64,000 nt of DNA. It comes from a virus (Duplodnaviria > Heunggongvirae > Uroviricota > Caudoviricetes). A program made the translations under genes and the position numbers. The notes below the pieces were generated by a model that was not told the origin of the DNA, searched no databases, and saw only the letters and a program-made list of their open reading frames with translations. The stretch lies in IMG/VR virus record IMGVR_UViG_3300029258_003331. One strand, 5' to 3'. Positions 52,991 through 63,689 of this stretch are shown piece after piece; positions within the stretch are counted from its first letter, which is position 1, and the number at the start of each line of letters is the position of its first letter.

Positions 52991-54828
52991 CTAAAAAAAA
53001 CGACTTCATGGACGAACTCACCGAGGAGTTTCTTTCCGGAAACACGACGGATGTAGCCGACGTGATTACGTTTGTGGAGGCTCCATGGGGTCTCAATCTG
53101 ACGCTTTTCCCGGTCCAAAAGTGCGTACTCAAGGTGTATTACGGGCTCCCATTAGATAATCAGGAACGTAGCATCCAGGTCCCGAATATCATCAATGACA
53201 AGATACTCTACGAATTTACCGAGGTTGAGTTCCTGAAGTGGCTTTATGAGGAAGGTCGTTGCAACAGCCGAGAAATCATCGAGGCTCCGTATACCGAACT
53301 CATTCTGGTCATGGGCAGGCGAAGTGGCAAGTCAACAATAGCCTCTTGTATCTCTTGCTACGAGGTGTACAAACTCGTCAAAAGGGGCGACCCTTCGGCT
53401 TTCTACGGGTTCCCCCCCGACACCACTGTCGCCATCACGAACGTTGCGCCGACTGATGACCAAGCCAGCATTGTCTTCAATATGCTGCAGAAGAACGTTC
53501 TCGGTTGCCCTTTCTTGCGTGACCGGATAGTGAATCAAACGCTGACCTATTTCAACGTGCAAACTGATTCTGATCGCAACCTTCCGAGTAAAAAGCGCCG
53601 GGCTAGCATCATGTCCTTGGCTGGTGGTTGTGCTTCTAACAGCCTGCGCGGGCATAACAATATCGTGGTCGTGATGGACGAGATGGCGCACTTCATCGAC
53701 AACAACGGTCGATTTTCTGGCTCCGAGGTTTACAAGGCTCTGAAACCCTCCATTGGCTCGTTCAAGGGCGACGGCAAGATGGTAGGTATCAGTTCTCCCT
53801 ATGCCAAATACGGACAGTTTTGGGACTTGTATGTTGATAGTTTCAATCAGTGTGAAAATACTATCATGTTTCAGATGTATTCATCCCTCGTCAATCCAAC
53901 CATTCCGTCTGCGTTTCTCCGTGCGGAACGTCAGAGGGATCGCATTGGCTTCATGACCGAGTACGCTGGTGAGTTCAGCGATAAGGTCACAAGTTGGGTT
54001 GATGACGAAGATAAATTCAAAGCGTGCATCGTTAGAGGTCGTCCCAAGCCGGTGCGCGGACAGACGGGAACAGACTATTTCATGGGTGTTGACCTGGGCG
54101 TCAAGAACGACGGCACAGCAATTGTCATTTGTCACCGCGAACAGGGCATCAATCGCCGGGGGAAGGTGTTTGCCGGCACTCCCTCACGCATTATCGTGGA
54201 TTGGGCGCAAGTCTGGTTCTCGGGCTCCTCTGACGTGTGGGAGGTTTCCAACAACATCTATAAGGGTTGCAATAAATATGCCGAACACGACGTGATTCCA
54301 GTGGCTCTTATTGCCGAAGAGATTAAGAATTTGTGTCGCTGGTTTCCAATCAAGTCTGGGTGGTTTGATCAATGGAATGGATATTCGCTTCTGGAAATCC
54401 TGCACTCCATGGGCTTGAAGCAATTTCGCATGGAGCAAGTGACAGACAGGATGAACAGCGACACCTATCAACTGTTCAAGACTTTGTATAGTGAACAGAT
54501 GATCGAGTTTTACGATGATGAAACGCTGGAATCCGAGATTCTAGGGTTGGAGGCTGAACGCAAATCCAAAGCCAGGATAGAAGTGCGGGCTCCTAACAAG
54601 CGAGGTGCGCACGATGACCTCGCCGATGCTTGCGCCCGAGCCATTTTTGAGGCGTATGGTGCTGACGGTCCAAAAAACACGAATCTGACAGGAGGAGCCG
54701 GCGCAGCGGCAATTGGAAGTCGTGGAATGACAATGGCGATGAAAAATCACCAACGAGCGCAGTCCAGAATGCACGGCGCGCATCCGAGGAGGGTAGAAAG
54801 AAGCCACACGCGGACGCGATTTGTTTAG
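52987..54828 (+). CDS. terL: Terminase large subunit (613 aa)
   Basis: Walker A VMGRRSGKST. Walker B VVVMDEMAH. RNaseH-like nuclease Asp residues (GVDLGVKNDGTAIV, GAHDDLADA). Confidence 0.9.
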   Translation: MTKKNDFMDELTEEFLSGNTTDVADVITFVEAPWGLNLTLFPVQKCVLKVYYGLPLDNQERSIQVPNIINDKILYEFTEVEFLKWLYEEGRCNSREIIEAPYTELILVMGRRSGKSTIASCISCYEVYKLVKRGDPSAFYGFPPDTTVAITNVAPTDDQASIVFNMLQKNVLGCPFLRDRIVNQTLTYFNVQTDSDRNLPSKKRRASIMSLAGGCASNSLRGHNNIVVVMDEMAHFIDNNGRFSGSEVYKALKPSIGSFKGDGKMVGISSPYAKYGQFWDLYVDSFNQCENTIMFQMYSSLVNPTIPSAFLRAERQRDRIGFMTEYAGEFSDKVTSWVDDEDKFKACIVRGRPKPVRGQTGTDYFMGVDLGVKNDGTAIVICHREQGINRRGKVFAGTPSRIIVDWAQVWFSGSSDVWEVSNNIYKGCNKYAEHDVIPVALIAEEIKNLCRWFPIKSGWFDQWNGYSLLEILHSMGLKQFRMEQVTDRMNSDTYQLFKTLYSEQMIEFYDDETLESEILGLEAERKSKARIEVRAPNKRGAHDDLADACARAIFEAYGADGPKNTNLTGGAGAAAIGSRGMTMAMKNHQRAQSRMHGAHPRRVERSHTRTRFV

Positions 54829-54849
54829 CACTCTGAAAGGAGTGGGAAT

Positions 54850-55452
54850 ATGAAAAAGCACGGAAGTTTGTCGGATGAGGATTTGTCCAGTGTGATACAA
54901 GCAGCGACACAACTGGACGAGCAAGAGCGCATCCAAAAAGAAAAACGTAGGAGAGAAGGAAGAGAAACTGCGGAGGATCTGCCTGCGGGACATCCAATGC
55001 GTGTGGCGATGGAGCGCGCGCGTGAGCAGTTTGAGCAGCGCCAGGAGTTTGAGAAACAGCAACACGAGGCTGTTGAGCGTATGAAGGCTAGGCGCGCTAA
55101 GAGAGCACAGAAGAGGCACTCTCGGCGGGCGGCAGAGGATAGCGCTGACAAAGCCAGTCAGAAAGCCGCAGGAGAAACGAACCGGGCACTGGACGAACTG
55201 GCTGAACATACCGCGACAGTACGCGATGAGGTGGGAAAATTGATGGAGCATATGAAGGAAGTGAACGGTTCCATTGATGCCCTGGCAACGCATGCGGCGG
55301 AGGTGGGAGGTACTGTGCAGGTCCTGGAAAAAGACCTGATTGGAGGTGCAATGGTGAAGGCAACACGACTGCAAAGATTGCTTCTTGCAACGCATCGGGG
55401 ACTGACTACGTCGAAACTCAATGACAAGCGCATTGAGCGAGATGGATCTTGA
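54850..55452 (+). CDS. Coiled-coil hypothetical protein (200 aa)
   Basis: AAAGGAGTGGGAAT then ATG. R/E/K/Q-rich. Confidence 0.7.
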   Translation: MKKHGSLSDEDLSSVIQAATQLDEQERIQKEKRRREGRETAEDLPAGHPMRVAMERAREQFEQRQEFEKQQHEAVERMKARRAKRAQKRHSRRAAEDSADKASQKAAGETNRALDELAEHTATVRDEVGKLMEHMKEVNGSIDALATHAAEVGGTVQVLEKDLIGGAMVKATRLQRLLLATHRGLTTSKLNDKRIERDGS

Positions 55453-55483
55453 TAACTCGATGACAATATAGAGGAGCCTTACA

Positions 55484-57499
55484 ATGGCGAAGAGGAAAAC
55501 ACCGGTGAAGAGAAGAACCCCGCAGAGAAAACGCACAGCGACGCTTCGGGACGCGGCAGTAGAACAGGCATTGTCCGAAGCCTCTGCGCGAACTGATGAC
55601 GCTATTGGTGGCATTCCCTCCCCGGGACTCCAGCGTGGACCGGTAAATGATGTCAAGGCACGCATTGCTGCTGTCCGCGAAAAGAACGGTTTAATCGCTT
55701 CTGGGCTTCCGAGAATGCGTACTGCCGGAATGATGATGAGTCAATCCACGGGGATGGATGGCCTTTGGGGCAGTTCGTCTCTCGATGCATATCACACAAG
55801 TTACGCCTCTGGAAATACGCTCTATGGAGGCGGCGTTCGTGATGTTCCGACCTATTTTGTGATGATGAACCAGCAAAACGGGGGCGTTCTCTACTGGCCC
55901 GTTAGCCTCCGTGAGAAGTACGAATGGTATAGGTACTTCTCAAGAACGGATGCTTATGTTGGACGGGCGTTGGAGTTGCTGTCTGACCTGCCGATGAGCA
56001 AAATCACACTGAACATGCCCAAGATACCGAAGAAAGGACTCAAAAACGAAATCTATGAATTCTTTCAGGACATGTGCGAGAATTTGAATCTTTTTGAGCG
56101 CCTGCAGGAAATCTTGTGGGAATGGAACATGATCGGAAACTCCTTCCTCTTTCATGAGTGGTCCGCGAAAGAGAAGCGATGGAACAAAATTGTGATGCTG
56201 CCGCCGGAAGAGGTAAATTGTTTTACCTATCCGTTCAGTGATAACGCACGCATTGAGTATCGTCCTGAAAAACTGATGCAAATTGTCAAGGCATCGGCTG
56301 ATGTGACAGGTTACGATGTGCCGCAGGAAGACAAGGCGGCATGTAGTCGAGTTGAAATGATGAAAACACTGGTCAAGAATATCCCTCCCGAGGTCGTGAA
56401 GATGATAAGGGAGCAGGATTGTATCGTCATGGATACCGATCCCATGGCTGGAGGCAGACCTGGTTCCTTTGCGTATCATTTTGCTCGTCGTCGCAGTCCG
56501 TACATGGATTTGGGTGCCTCCGTGTTAGAACGCGTCTTGGTCCCCATGCTGCAGAAGGAAAACTACCGCTACACGCAACTTGCCTTGGCTACGAGAAACA
56601 TGACGCCGAAAAACAAGATCTCGGCTCCAGGTTTGAATGAGTCGGAAATTGAACAATTGCGGGCTCAAATCGACTTGTCCTACATGGACCCTGAATACTC
56701 TGTAGTCACGAACTACGAGTGGGATTGGGAGCAGATTGGCGCTGATGCTCGCTTGCTTGATCTTGCCAGCGAATATGAGATGATCGAGAATCAGGTATTC
56801 GCTGGGTTGGGGGTGACGAGGGAGTTGTTGACTGGCGAAGGCACGTATAGCGGCAATCGGATTACTGTTGAGATCCTGAACACTATCTTTTTGCTCACTC
56901 GTCAGATGCTTCAGCGTTATGTGGAGCGGAGTTTGTTCCGGCCGGTGGCAGAGGCGCACAAGTGGTATGAGGACACGAGATACGGCGTGCGCAAATATTG
57001 GTATCCGCGAGTTGCCTTTAACCGCTTGAGCATTAGGGATAATCAGGAGGTCTTCGAGAACCTGTTTCAACTCTACCAGAAAGGTTCTATGGATATCGAC
57101 GTGCTCTACGAGTTGTTCAATCTTGATAGTGATTACATTCATGAAAAAATCAAGGAGCAACTTTTCACGGTCAAGGACCCGAATTTCAATCGTACCATTG
57201 AGAACGTGGATGACGAGGTGGGTCGTGCGCTTGTGGAGCGTTCCGACGTCGTGGACAAGGTTGGCAAGTACCTGGGTCTCAAAGTGTCCGCGCCCCAAGG
57301 TGAGGGCGAGGGTGAATTCGGAGAGAGCGGATTCGGTGGAGGCTTTGAGGGTGGGTTCGGTGCGGAGGAACCTGCGGCAGAAGAGGAATCTGCGTTGGAT
57401 GAGATGGCAACGAGCATTGCAGAGGAATTGCCGGAGGACGCGGACGAGGGAGAAGTCAGGGAAGTGGTTGAGGAGTTGGCGGGGGCTGGAGTGTCGTGA
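55484..57499 (+). CDS. Putative portal protein (671 aa)
   Basis: Immediately downstream of TerL. Its size and acidic G/E-rich C-terminus are typical of portals. Assignment is from position and composition, not motifs. Confidence 0.8.
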   Translation: MAKRKTPVKRRTPQRKRTATLRDAAVEQALSEASARTDDAIGGIPSPGLQRGPVNDVKARIAAVREKNGLIASGLPRMRTAGMMMSQSTGMDGLWGSSSLDAYHTSYASGNTLYGGGVRDVPTYFVMMNQQNGGVLYWPVSLREKYEWYRYFSRTDAYVGRALELLSDLPMSKITLNMPKIPKKGLKNEIYEFFQDMCENLNLFERLQEILWEWNMIGNSFLFHEWSAKEKRWNKIVMLPPEEVNCFTYPFSDNARIEYRPEKLMQIVKASADVTGYDVPQEDKAACSRVEMMKTLVKNIPPEVVKMIREQDCIVMDTDPMAGGRPGSFAYHFARRRSPYMDLGASVLERVLVPMLQKENYRYTQLALATRNMTPKNKISAPGLNESEIEQLRAQIDLSYMDPEYSVVTNYEWDWEQIGADARLLDLASEYEMIENQVFAGLGVTRELLTGEGTYSGNRITVEILNTIFLLTRQMLQRYVERSLFRPVAEAHKWYEDTRYGVRKYWYPRVAFNRLSIRDNQEVFENLFQLYQKGSMDIDVLYELFNLDSDYIHEKIKEQLFTVKDPNFNRTIENVDDEVGRALVERSDVVDKVGKYLGLKVSAPQGEGEGEFGESGFGGGFEGGFGAEEPAAEEESALDEMATSIAEELPEDADEGEVREVVEELAGAGVS

Positions 57500-59856
57500 G
57501 CGAAATTACATCAGCATTGGTGCGCATGAGTGCCGTTGACTGGCTGACGAATGCTAATCAGAGCCAGATCCTTGATCGTGTCCTGGAAAAGGCGGGACTC
57601 GGTTCTCTTGTCATCCGAACGGCTGCAGAAGACGTCAATTGGGATGCCGAGGTAACGAAAGACAACATTGCTGACGTGGCAAGTAGCTTGAACGAGTTAG
57701 CCAAGGGCTACGATGACGCGGTGGCTAGGGATATCCAGAAGCAATTTGACCAACTCGAACCCAAGGAAAAGCAGGAAGAGGCTGCCGGCGAGGGAACCTT
57801 TGACGGGAAGGCAGTAGTAGAGGGACTGGGCGACGAGACAGAGGCGGAGAGTCCCAAACCGGCAAAGAAACCTAGTGAGACCCCGGGTGATGAGGTTGCC
57901 TTGGTGAGGGATCTGATTGACATGGTGATGGCGCTTCTTTATGCGAAGCCGGGAAGAACGCCGGTAAAAGAAGCGTCAGAGCAGGAAATCGACAAGGCTG
58001 CAAGCGCATACATCGAGGTTGCCCGGATGATGCTGGCGAAGTGGCAACCAATGAAGACGAAAAACAAGAAGGGATTGCCCGGCTGGAAAAATACAGAGAC
58101 CGGAAAGGTCGTCTATCAGAAGACGGAGCCAGGAAAAGTCTCTCAGAAAGAGAAAGTCAAGCCTGAGTCGGGCAAGCAGCCGTCGCAGTCAGAAATGAAG
58201 GCACTCGACCGACCATCTCCGGATTGGTATGACAAAGACAACCCGCTCGACTTGTCTGATGAAAAAGCCATGACAGACAAAGGATTTACCAAGGCGGAAA
58301 GTGACTATCCAATTGGCGATGACACTATCATGACCAATGCGAAAACGGGCAAGAGTTACCGCTTTGGTGATCTTCCAGAAGCAGCCAAAAAAAGGCTTTC
58401 CGAGAAGGTGAAGGCGGGTCAGACATGGAAGGCTCCTGCCGCACAGAAGCCAAAGGAACAGACGGCTGAAGGTATCGCCAAGAACTATTTTCCTGGTGAT
58501 GAGAATCCACTGGAGAAGCATAGCCCGGACGAAGTAGAGGCGGCTATCCAGAAGCAGATTGACGCGGCTACTGAGCGAGGTGACGAGGACGAGGCTGCTG
58601 TTTTTCGAAGCGACCTGGAAAAATTCAACAAAGGCATGGGTCGGGAGATGAAGCCGGAGGAAAAACCAGAAGCGGAAGCAAAGCCGGAAGTAAAACCTGA
58701 GAAGAAGCCGGAAGCAAAACCTGAGAAGAAGCCGGAAGCAAAACCAGAAGCGGAAGCAAAGCCGGAAGCAAAACCTGAGAAGAAGCCGGAAGCAAAACCA
58801 GAAGCGGAAGCAAAACCAGAAGCGGAAGCAAAGCCGGAAGCAAAACCTGAGAAGAAGCCGATGAGCCTCAAGGAGATCCGGAGCGCCTTGAAGAAGCGTC
58901 CGGAAATGAACCTTGCTGCAACAATGGCAAAATGGTCGGGACTCAGTGGGCAATTCGAAGAGGCGACTCGAAAAATGTCAGCGGAGGATCTGGATGCCAT
59001 TGATAAGATAGGGATTGACTCCAGAGATTCCAGCACTGGTACCATGGATGCTCGGAAATTCTTCGAAGGTGTCTTGAAACAATTCGGGCTCAAAACTCCA
59101 AGGACCGGCAACCCACCAGAGGTTACCGAAAAACAGACCACGGAAGCCAAAAAATCGCTTGAGAAGGTGAACCCGAAGGAACCAGACGAAAAGCAGCACA
59201 TGCAGTCCGTAGAGGCTGTAGCGGAAAAAACAGGAGAGACGCCCTCGCAGGTCAACGAACGTGTTTTGAAGGGCTTGGATGGCTTAATGAGCGGCAACAT
59301 GGAACTCACCAAAGCCATTGAAAAAGGAATGACCACACGAACGCTTTTTCACGAGTTGTTGTCTAATCCTTCCGCTGTCGCCACAAAGAGTAGGACAAAA
59401 CCCAGCAAGAAAACCATACAGAAGCAACGGAAGGAGGAACGCACGCGCCGCAAGAAAGGAAGACCGAAAGCCAAGAAACGTCGTGCAGCCGAGGAACGCG
59501 TCGCCTCCGCCTTCTTGATGGGTCAGGACGAGAACGACTCTTCCACGCTTTCTCCCGAGCAAATAGACAGGTTGGTTGAAAAGGTGATGAGCAAAAAGGC
59601 ACCGGAAGGGAACGGTGCAGCGGAAGACATGGTGATTACCGGCGCACGAGGTCTTCAGATGAATCGCAAAGACAAGGACCTCATGCAAGATACGGGTGGC
59701 GGCTCGTACAAGAAGACGGAGCCCAAGGAAAAGCCACCTCGCGAAGACCTGAAAAAGCCCTGGAGCAAGAAGCACAAGAAGCCGTCTGAGCAAGATAAGG
59801 ACGTTGACCAGGACCCCGATTTGAAAGTTTCGGCCGTAGGGAGACGCATGAGATGA
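57496..59856 (+). CDS. Large protein with (KPEAKPEKKPEA)n repeats, possible scaffold or head-associated protein (786 aa)
   Basis: ATGA overlap with the portal-like gene. 18-24-bp tandem repeats at 58655-58862 encode PEAK-type repeats. Very basic C-terminus. Confidence 0.85.
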   Translation: MSEITSALVRMSAVDWLTNANQSQILDRVLEKAGLGSLVIRTAAEDVNWDAEVTKDNIADVASSLNELAKGYDDAVARDIQKQFDQLEPKEKQEEAAGEGTFDGKAVVEGLGDETEAESPKPAKKPSETPGDEVALVRDLIDMVMALLYAKPGRTPVKEASEQEIDKAASAYIEVARMMLAKWQPMKTKNKKGLPGWKNTETGKVVYQKTEPGKVSQKEKVKPESGKQPSQSEMKALDRPSPDWYDKDNPLDLSDEKAMTDKGFTKAESDYPIGDDTIMTNAKTGKSYRFGDLPEAAKKRLSEKVKAGQTWKAPAAQKPKEQTAEGIAKNYFPGDENPLEKHSPDEVEAAIQKQIDAATERGDEDEAAVFRSDLEKFNKGMGREMKPEEKPEAEAKPEVKPEKKPEAKPEKKPEAKPEAEAKPEAKPEKKPEAKPEAEAKPEAEAKPEAKPEKKPMSLKEIRSALKKRPEMNLAATMAKWSGLSGQFEEATRKMSAEDLDAIDKIGIDSRDSSTGTMDARKFFEGVLKQFGLKTPRTGNPPEVTEKQTTEAKKSLEKVNPKEPDEKQHMQSVEAVAEKTGETPSQVNERVLKGLDGLMSGNMELTKAIEKGMTTRTLFHELLSNPSAVATKSRTKPSKKTIQKQRKEERTRRKKGRPKAKKRRAAEERVASAFLMGQDENDSSTLSPEQIDRLVEKVMSKKAPEGNGAAEDMVITGARGLQMNRKDKDLMQDTGGGSYKKTEPKEKPPREDLKKPWSKKHKKPSEQDKDVDQDPDLKVSAVGRRMR
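58655..58862 (+). repeat. 18/24-bp coding tandem repeats (AAGCCGGAAGCAAAACCTGAGAAG…)
   Basis: Encode KPEAKPEKKPEA / KPEAEAKPEA repeats in the 786-aa protein. Confidence 0.85.
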
Positions 59857-60125
59857 ACGAAGAGAGGCTTGACAAAATGGTTACTCGCATTGCCGCTGAC
59901 GAAGGAAGCGACCCAGCCCTTGAGGAGATTGACAAGGCTATTGACGCCATTCTTCTTAGCATCCAGGTCATCGAGGAAACTCTCCCGAAAGTGGCTGCCT
60001 CGACGCCTCAAGAAGAGGAAGCCAAGCGGAAAATCGGAGACTTGTTTGACACTGCCATCAATCCTTACTTCGCGGATGTCATGGAAGCGATGCAGGTGTT
60101 CGGTGGTGAGGATAAGCCGGAGTAG
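59853..60125 (+). CDS. Hypothetical protein (90 aa)
   Basis: ATGA overlap with the upstream gene. Confidence 0.6.
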   Translation: MNEERLDKMVTRIAADEGSDPALEEIDKAIDAILLSIQVIEETLPKVAASTPQEEEAKRKIGDLFDTAINPYFADVMEAMQVFGGEDKPE

Positions 60126-60143
60126 GAGCGTGCGGGGTAAAAA

Positions 60144-60971
60144 ATGGCGTCCAGTTCATCTTCAAGTTCTTCTTCAACTGTGCCTTTGCTCTCGGACTAT
60201 TGCGTTCGTGGCGCGGGGAATCTTCTCTACGATGGCACCTACACGGCTACTGGTTCTTACTTCAATGAGTATCCCTACTACGAAAACAGCAACGGCATGG
60301 AGTTGTTCTGGGCCGAGACGAATCAATGGGCTCTCGGGCAACGCGGGACGATTCAAGACTATCACGCCATTCCTCCCGCCACGCCAGGCACTACCGCTCC
60401 CGACGATGGAGAATGGGTGGAGTTTACCGGTCTCAATCCGCCTCCTGATGTATTTGGTGGGGCTTGCGCTCTCACCTCTTCAAGCAGTTCCTCAAGTAGT
60501 TCCTCGACGAGTAGCGAGTCTCACAGCAGCAATTCGTCGAGCAGCAGGTCTTCTTCCTCTTCTTCTTCATCGTGGAGTTCTTCCTCGGCGTCGTCTTCTT
60601 CGTCATCTTCGTCGTCTTCGTCATCTACCACGCCGAGCCTGTCTTTCCCTTATCCGACAATGGGGACCGTGCGCAGACCGGTTGGACAGGGGTGCTCGTC
60701 TTGCGTCCATCAAGAATATTGCCAGGCTTTTTACTGGCTCATTCGGTATGCGCAGTATCCCAGCGTCACAGGAAAGAACGTGGACACCGTTGACAAACAC
60801 CTCGGGATACAATGCGAATCATGGTCAAACGACCCAGCTCAGCACATAACGCATTGGAATTCTGCCGACTATGACGAAAATTATCGACTTGCAGCCACGG
60901 AACAGATACTCATAGAGCCGTTTCCTAGTGGCATAGATGACGCAGTGACGGCTGGTTACAGAGAACACTAG
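60144..60971 (+). CDS. Ser-rich low-complexity protein (275 aa)
   Basis: GGGGTAAAAA then ATG. Poly-Ser runs of 9 and more than 40 residues. Confidence 0.7.
   Translation: MASSSSSSSSSTVPLLSDYCVRGAGNLLYDGTYTATGSYFNEYPYYENSNGMELFWAETNQWALGQRGTIQDYHAIPPATPGTTAPDDGEWVEFTGLNPPPDVFGGACALTSSSSSSSSSSTSSESHSSNSSSSRSSSSSSSSWSSSSASSSSSSSSSSSSTTPSLSFPYPTMGTVRRPVGQGCSSCVHQEYCQAFYWLIRYAQYPSVTGKNVDTVDKHLGIQCESWSNDPAQHITHWNSADYDENYRLAATEQILIEPFPSGIDDAVTAGYREH
60474..60625 (+). repeat. Low-complexity TCN-rich tract encoding poly-Ser
   Basis: More than 40 consecutive Ser/Thr codons. Confidence 0.8.
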
Positions 60972-60983
60972 CGAGGTGACCCA

Positions 60984-61403
60984 ATGCCTAGAGACTTGGA
61001 AGTTTACACACCAAAAGCAAGACCATTGACCGCTCCGTCGCGCGAGGAATTCATCAAGTACCAGAAATCGAAGGCGCGCGTGCAACGACGTGGCAAGAAG
61101 CGCTTTAGGGACTTGGTGGGTCGCCGTAGTATTTCGCTGGTCATCCGAGAGAGTGCCGCCGGTCGCAAATACATGCACATTCGCTACAAGAAAGTCACGA
61201 CAAGCGAGGTTAAACGGTACAAAGTTGCGCCGTACTCATATCGGTACAAGCGCCAGAAGAAAACGGGAAGACGGAAGAAAATGCTCTTCGCGTTTGACTT
61301 CAAGGATAGACACATCAAAGGTTTTTACCTCAGCAATATCCAGAGAGTGCAACGAACAGACAGCAATTTCACGCCAAAGTGGGAAATCGAAATCACCCTC
61401 TAG
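60984..61403 (+). CDS. Highly basic K/R-rich protein (139 aa), possibly nucleic-acid binding
   Basis: GCGAGGTGACCCA then ATG. About 30% K+R. Confidence 0.7.
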   Translation: MPRDLEVYTPKARPLTAPSREEFIKYQKSKARVQRRGKKRFRDLVGRRSISLVIRESAAGRKYMHIRYKKVTTSEVKRYKVAPYSYRYKRQKKTGRRKKMLFAFDFKDRHIKGFYLSNIQRVQRTDSNFTPKWEIEITL

Positions 61404-61514
61404 TATTGTCATATTTTTTTTATATCCGGCGCTTAATGACAACAGGTCGCACGCCTCCTCCGGGGTGGTGTGTCGCCGTGCAGATTGGGAAAGAATAACG
61501 CTGAGAGGCATGCC

Positions 61515-62981
61515 ATGAGAACAAGACGAGGAAGTAGTTTCTACCGCTCTGAGATGGCTCGCATGATTGACCAGTTCTCGCCTGGAGACTATGTCCTCGG
61601 CACTTGGATGGTCATTGGTGACTCACTCCAGGGCACAGTGACGGACGTAAACAAGGCAGAAAACAAGGTTTACGTTGCCTGGAACGGTGGTCCTGTGAAG
61701 CAACATGACCCAGATGAACTGATGTTGTCGGTCAAGCAAGTGGATTTGGACCGGCAAATGGGGGAAGCCCAGAAGCGAACGGTCATGGAAAACCCGGCAC
61801 CAGAGGACGCGAGTGGAGAATCCAAGCCGATGGTTACTGTCTTGGATAACACTGCAAAACCAGGACCAGAAATCAGAACGCGCCGAGGAAGAATGAACCG
61901 TAAAGCAGCGAGCCCTCCATTGGATAAATTCGTGGGCAACCCCGAATTGCACGGTCTGGACAAGCCTGTGAGCGGCGGAAGCAATGTCATGGAGGAGTTG
62001 GCTAGGGCGCTCTACGTCGAGTCCCAGAACGCAAAAACGGCGTCCCATGGTGGTAGGCGCATGGCTGTCTACCATGGCGGCCCGGGCAGGCATTATCGAC
62101 GCACCCGGCGTGAACGTGATGAGGATGTGGCGTATTGTCCTCGCTGTCGTCCGGAACTCGTGGAGATGGAACTGCAGCCTTTCACCCGGGGAATCGGCAT
62201 TTGGATTTGTCCGGAATGCGGGTGGAAAATCAGCACGGACAAAGTGACCGATGAGGCTCTGCAGGTGCCAGGTAATCCGGATGATGATCTCGTTGTGCTG
62301 GGGAGAGGTCGTAGGATGGCTGGACGATTTTTGAAAGTGGCGGCTGCTGGTCCATACACGATGCTGGAACAGTTACAGGACGATCTCAAAAAAGGTCGGT
62401 TCCAGAGTCGTGTTGATTCTTGGTCATTGGTCATGGGTCATACTCGCTCTGCTGACATCATCGCTTGGAAGGGTGGTCGCGAGGGAGATCACATTGCCAT
62501 GGGTCTGGTTGGATACCGCGATGGCGATGATGTGGATGAATTGGAAAAGATGGTCAAAAAGAACATCTCGAAAGCCATGCAAAATCTTAAGCGATTCAAG
62601 GGCATGACTTCCAGGGAGACAGAGCGTATCTTGACCCAGGAACTTCAGAAAACCAAGAAGGCTGGGAGTGTGCCCAAGAAGGTTGGCAAATACACCGTCG
62701 AGAAAGAGTCTTCTCTGTCCAAAGGTCCCAAGGAGGGCTATTTGGTCAAAGAGGGAGAAGCGGTCAAGGGTTTCGTTGAGAAGTTCAAGGACACCCAGAC
62801 CGAAACCAATCCTTGGAAGGCTTTTCACTATCCCCACGGATTTCGACCGGGGCAGAGCCAAGCGAAGATGGTGGCTGTGTATTACCCGAAGGCTGAGTAC
62901 GACGCCATGAGCGACAAGAGCGGCGCGAAGCCGGGAGACGTGAAAGACGCGGTGATGGCAGCCGCAACAGGAAAATCATAG
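61515..62981 (+). CDS. Hypothetical protein with CPRC…CPEC zinc-ribbon (488 aa)
   Basis: GAGAGGCATGCC then ATG at 61515. Confidence 0.8.
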   Translation: MRTRRGSSFYRSEMARMIDQFSPGDYVLGTWMVIGDSLQGTVTDVNKAENKVYVAWNGGPVKQHDPDELMLSVKQVDLDRQMGEAQKRTVMENPAPEDASGESKPMVTVLDNTAKPGPEIRTRRGRMNRKAASPPLDKFVGNPELHGLDKPVSGGSNVMEELARALYVESQNAKTASHGGRRMAVYHGGPGRHYRRTRRERDEDVAYCPRCRPELVEMELQPFTRGIGIWICPECGWKISTDKVTDEALQVPGNPDDDLVVLGRGRRMAGRFLKVAAAGPYTMLEQLQDDLKKGRFQSRVDSWSLVMGHTRSADIIAWKGGREGDHIAMGLVGYRDGDDVDELEKMVKKNISKAMQNLKRFKGMTSRETERILTQELQKTKKAGSVPKKVGKYTVEKESSLSKGPKEGYLVKEGEAVKGFVEKFKDTQTETNPWKAFHYPHGFRPGQSQAKMVAVYYPKAEYDAMSDKSGAKPGDVKDAVMAAATGKS

Positions 62982-63054
62982 GCATGAAATACCCTTAGCC
63001 ATCGTGGGCTGGGGTAAATCGAACAAAGGCGCAGGAATAGGCTAGGAGAAAAAA

Positions 63055-63318
63055 ATGGCATATTCGCGCAAGTACCAAGAGGTTGTTGCTGGTCGTGTAC
63101 GTGAAGACGAGGGAACGTTTGGCTCGATGAACAAGGTCGCGACTCCTGCTGGCACGTTCACCGCCTTCCGGGTGAGTGGAAACGCCGACAAGGAAGCCCC
63201 GCTGGCAGAAGATCACTTGAACACCACCCAGGCTGGCAAGGCGCGCACGGTTGTCAATGGTGAGAATCCTGTCGTCACTAACTACAATGCCGGCAGTAAC
63301 AACTCCGCGAAGTACTAG
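63055..63318 (+). CDS. Hypothetical protein (87 aa)
   Basis: AGGAGAAAAAA then ATG. Confidence 0.6.
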   Translation: MAYSRKYQEVVAGRVREDEGTFGSMNKVATPAGTFTAFRVSGNADKEAPLAEDHLNTTQAGKARTVVNGENPVVTNYNAGSNNSAKY

Positions 63319-63335
63319 GTTCGGGAGACAGATGA

Positions 63336-63566
63336 ATGAAATTATTACAAGCGCTTGATGGATGGAAAACACACATTTGTGCGCTCCTGTTGATCCTTTC
63401 AGGAATATTGAAGCACTATGGTGTGCTTGACCCAGAGACCTTCAAGACAGTAGTGACCATCCTGGGCGGTCTTGGTTTGGCAGCGATTAAGTCTGGTCAA
63501 ACGCGAGTCGAAAAGGCTGCGAAGCAACTAGCCCGCTTGATGAGGAATAAGCAACCCCTGGCTTGA
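63336..63566 (+). CDS. Small membrane protein, holin-like topology (76 aa)
   Basis: GGGAGACAG then ATG. Two hydrophobic segments and a charged C-terminus. Confidence 0.55.
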   Translation: MKLLQALDGWKTHICALLLILSGILKHYGVLDPETFKTVVTILGGLGLAAIKSGQTRVEKAAKQLARLMRNKQPLA

Positions 63567-63689
63567 GGGAAATCAACGCCTGCGGACGGCAGTGACAATG
63601 ACTCTGGTCGTTGTGAATCTGAACTGGTTGAAGCAGGAATCGAACACGGAAAAGGTCTTACGCTTTTCCACGTTTAGAGGAGCAGAGAC

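Noticed and set aside
63641-63669. GGAAAAG/CTTTTCC hairpin after gene 63336..63566
   Set aside because: No U-tract follows the stem. This is only weak terminator evidence.
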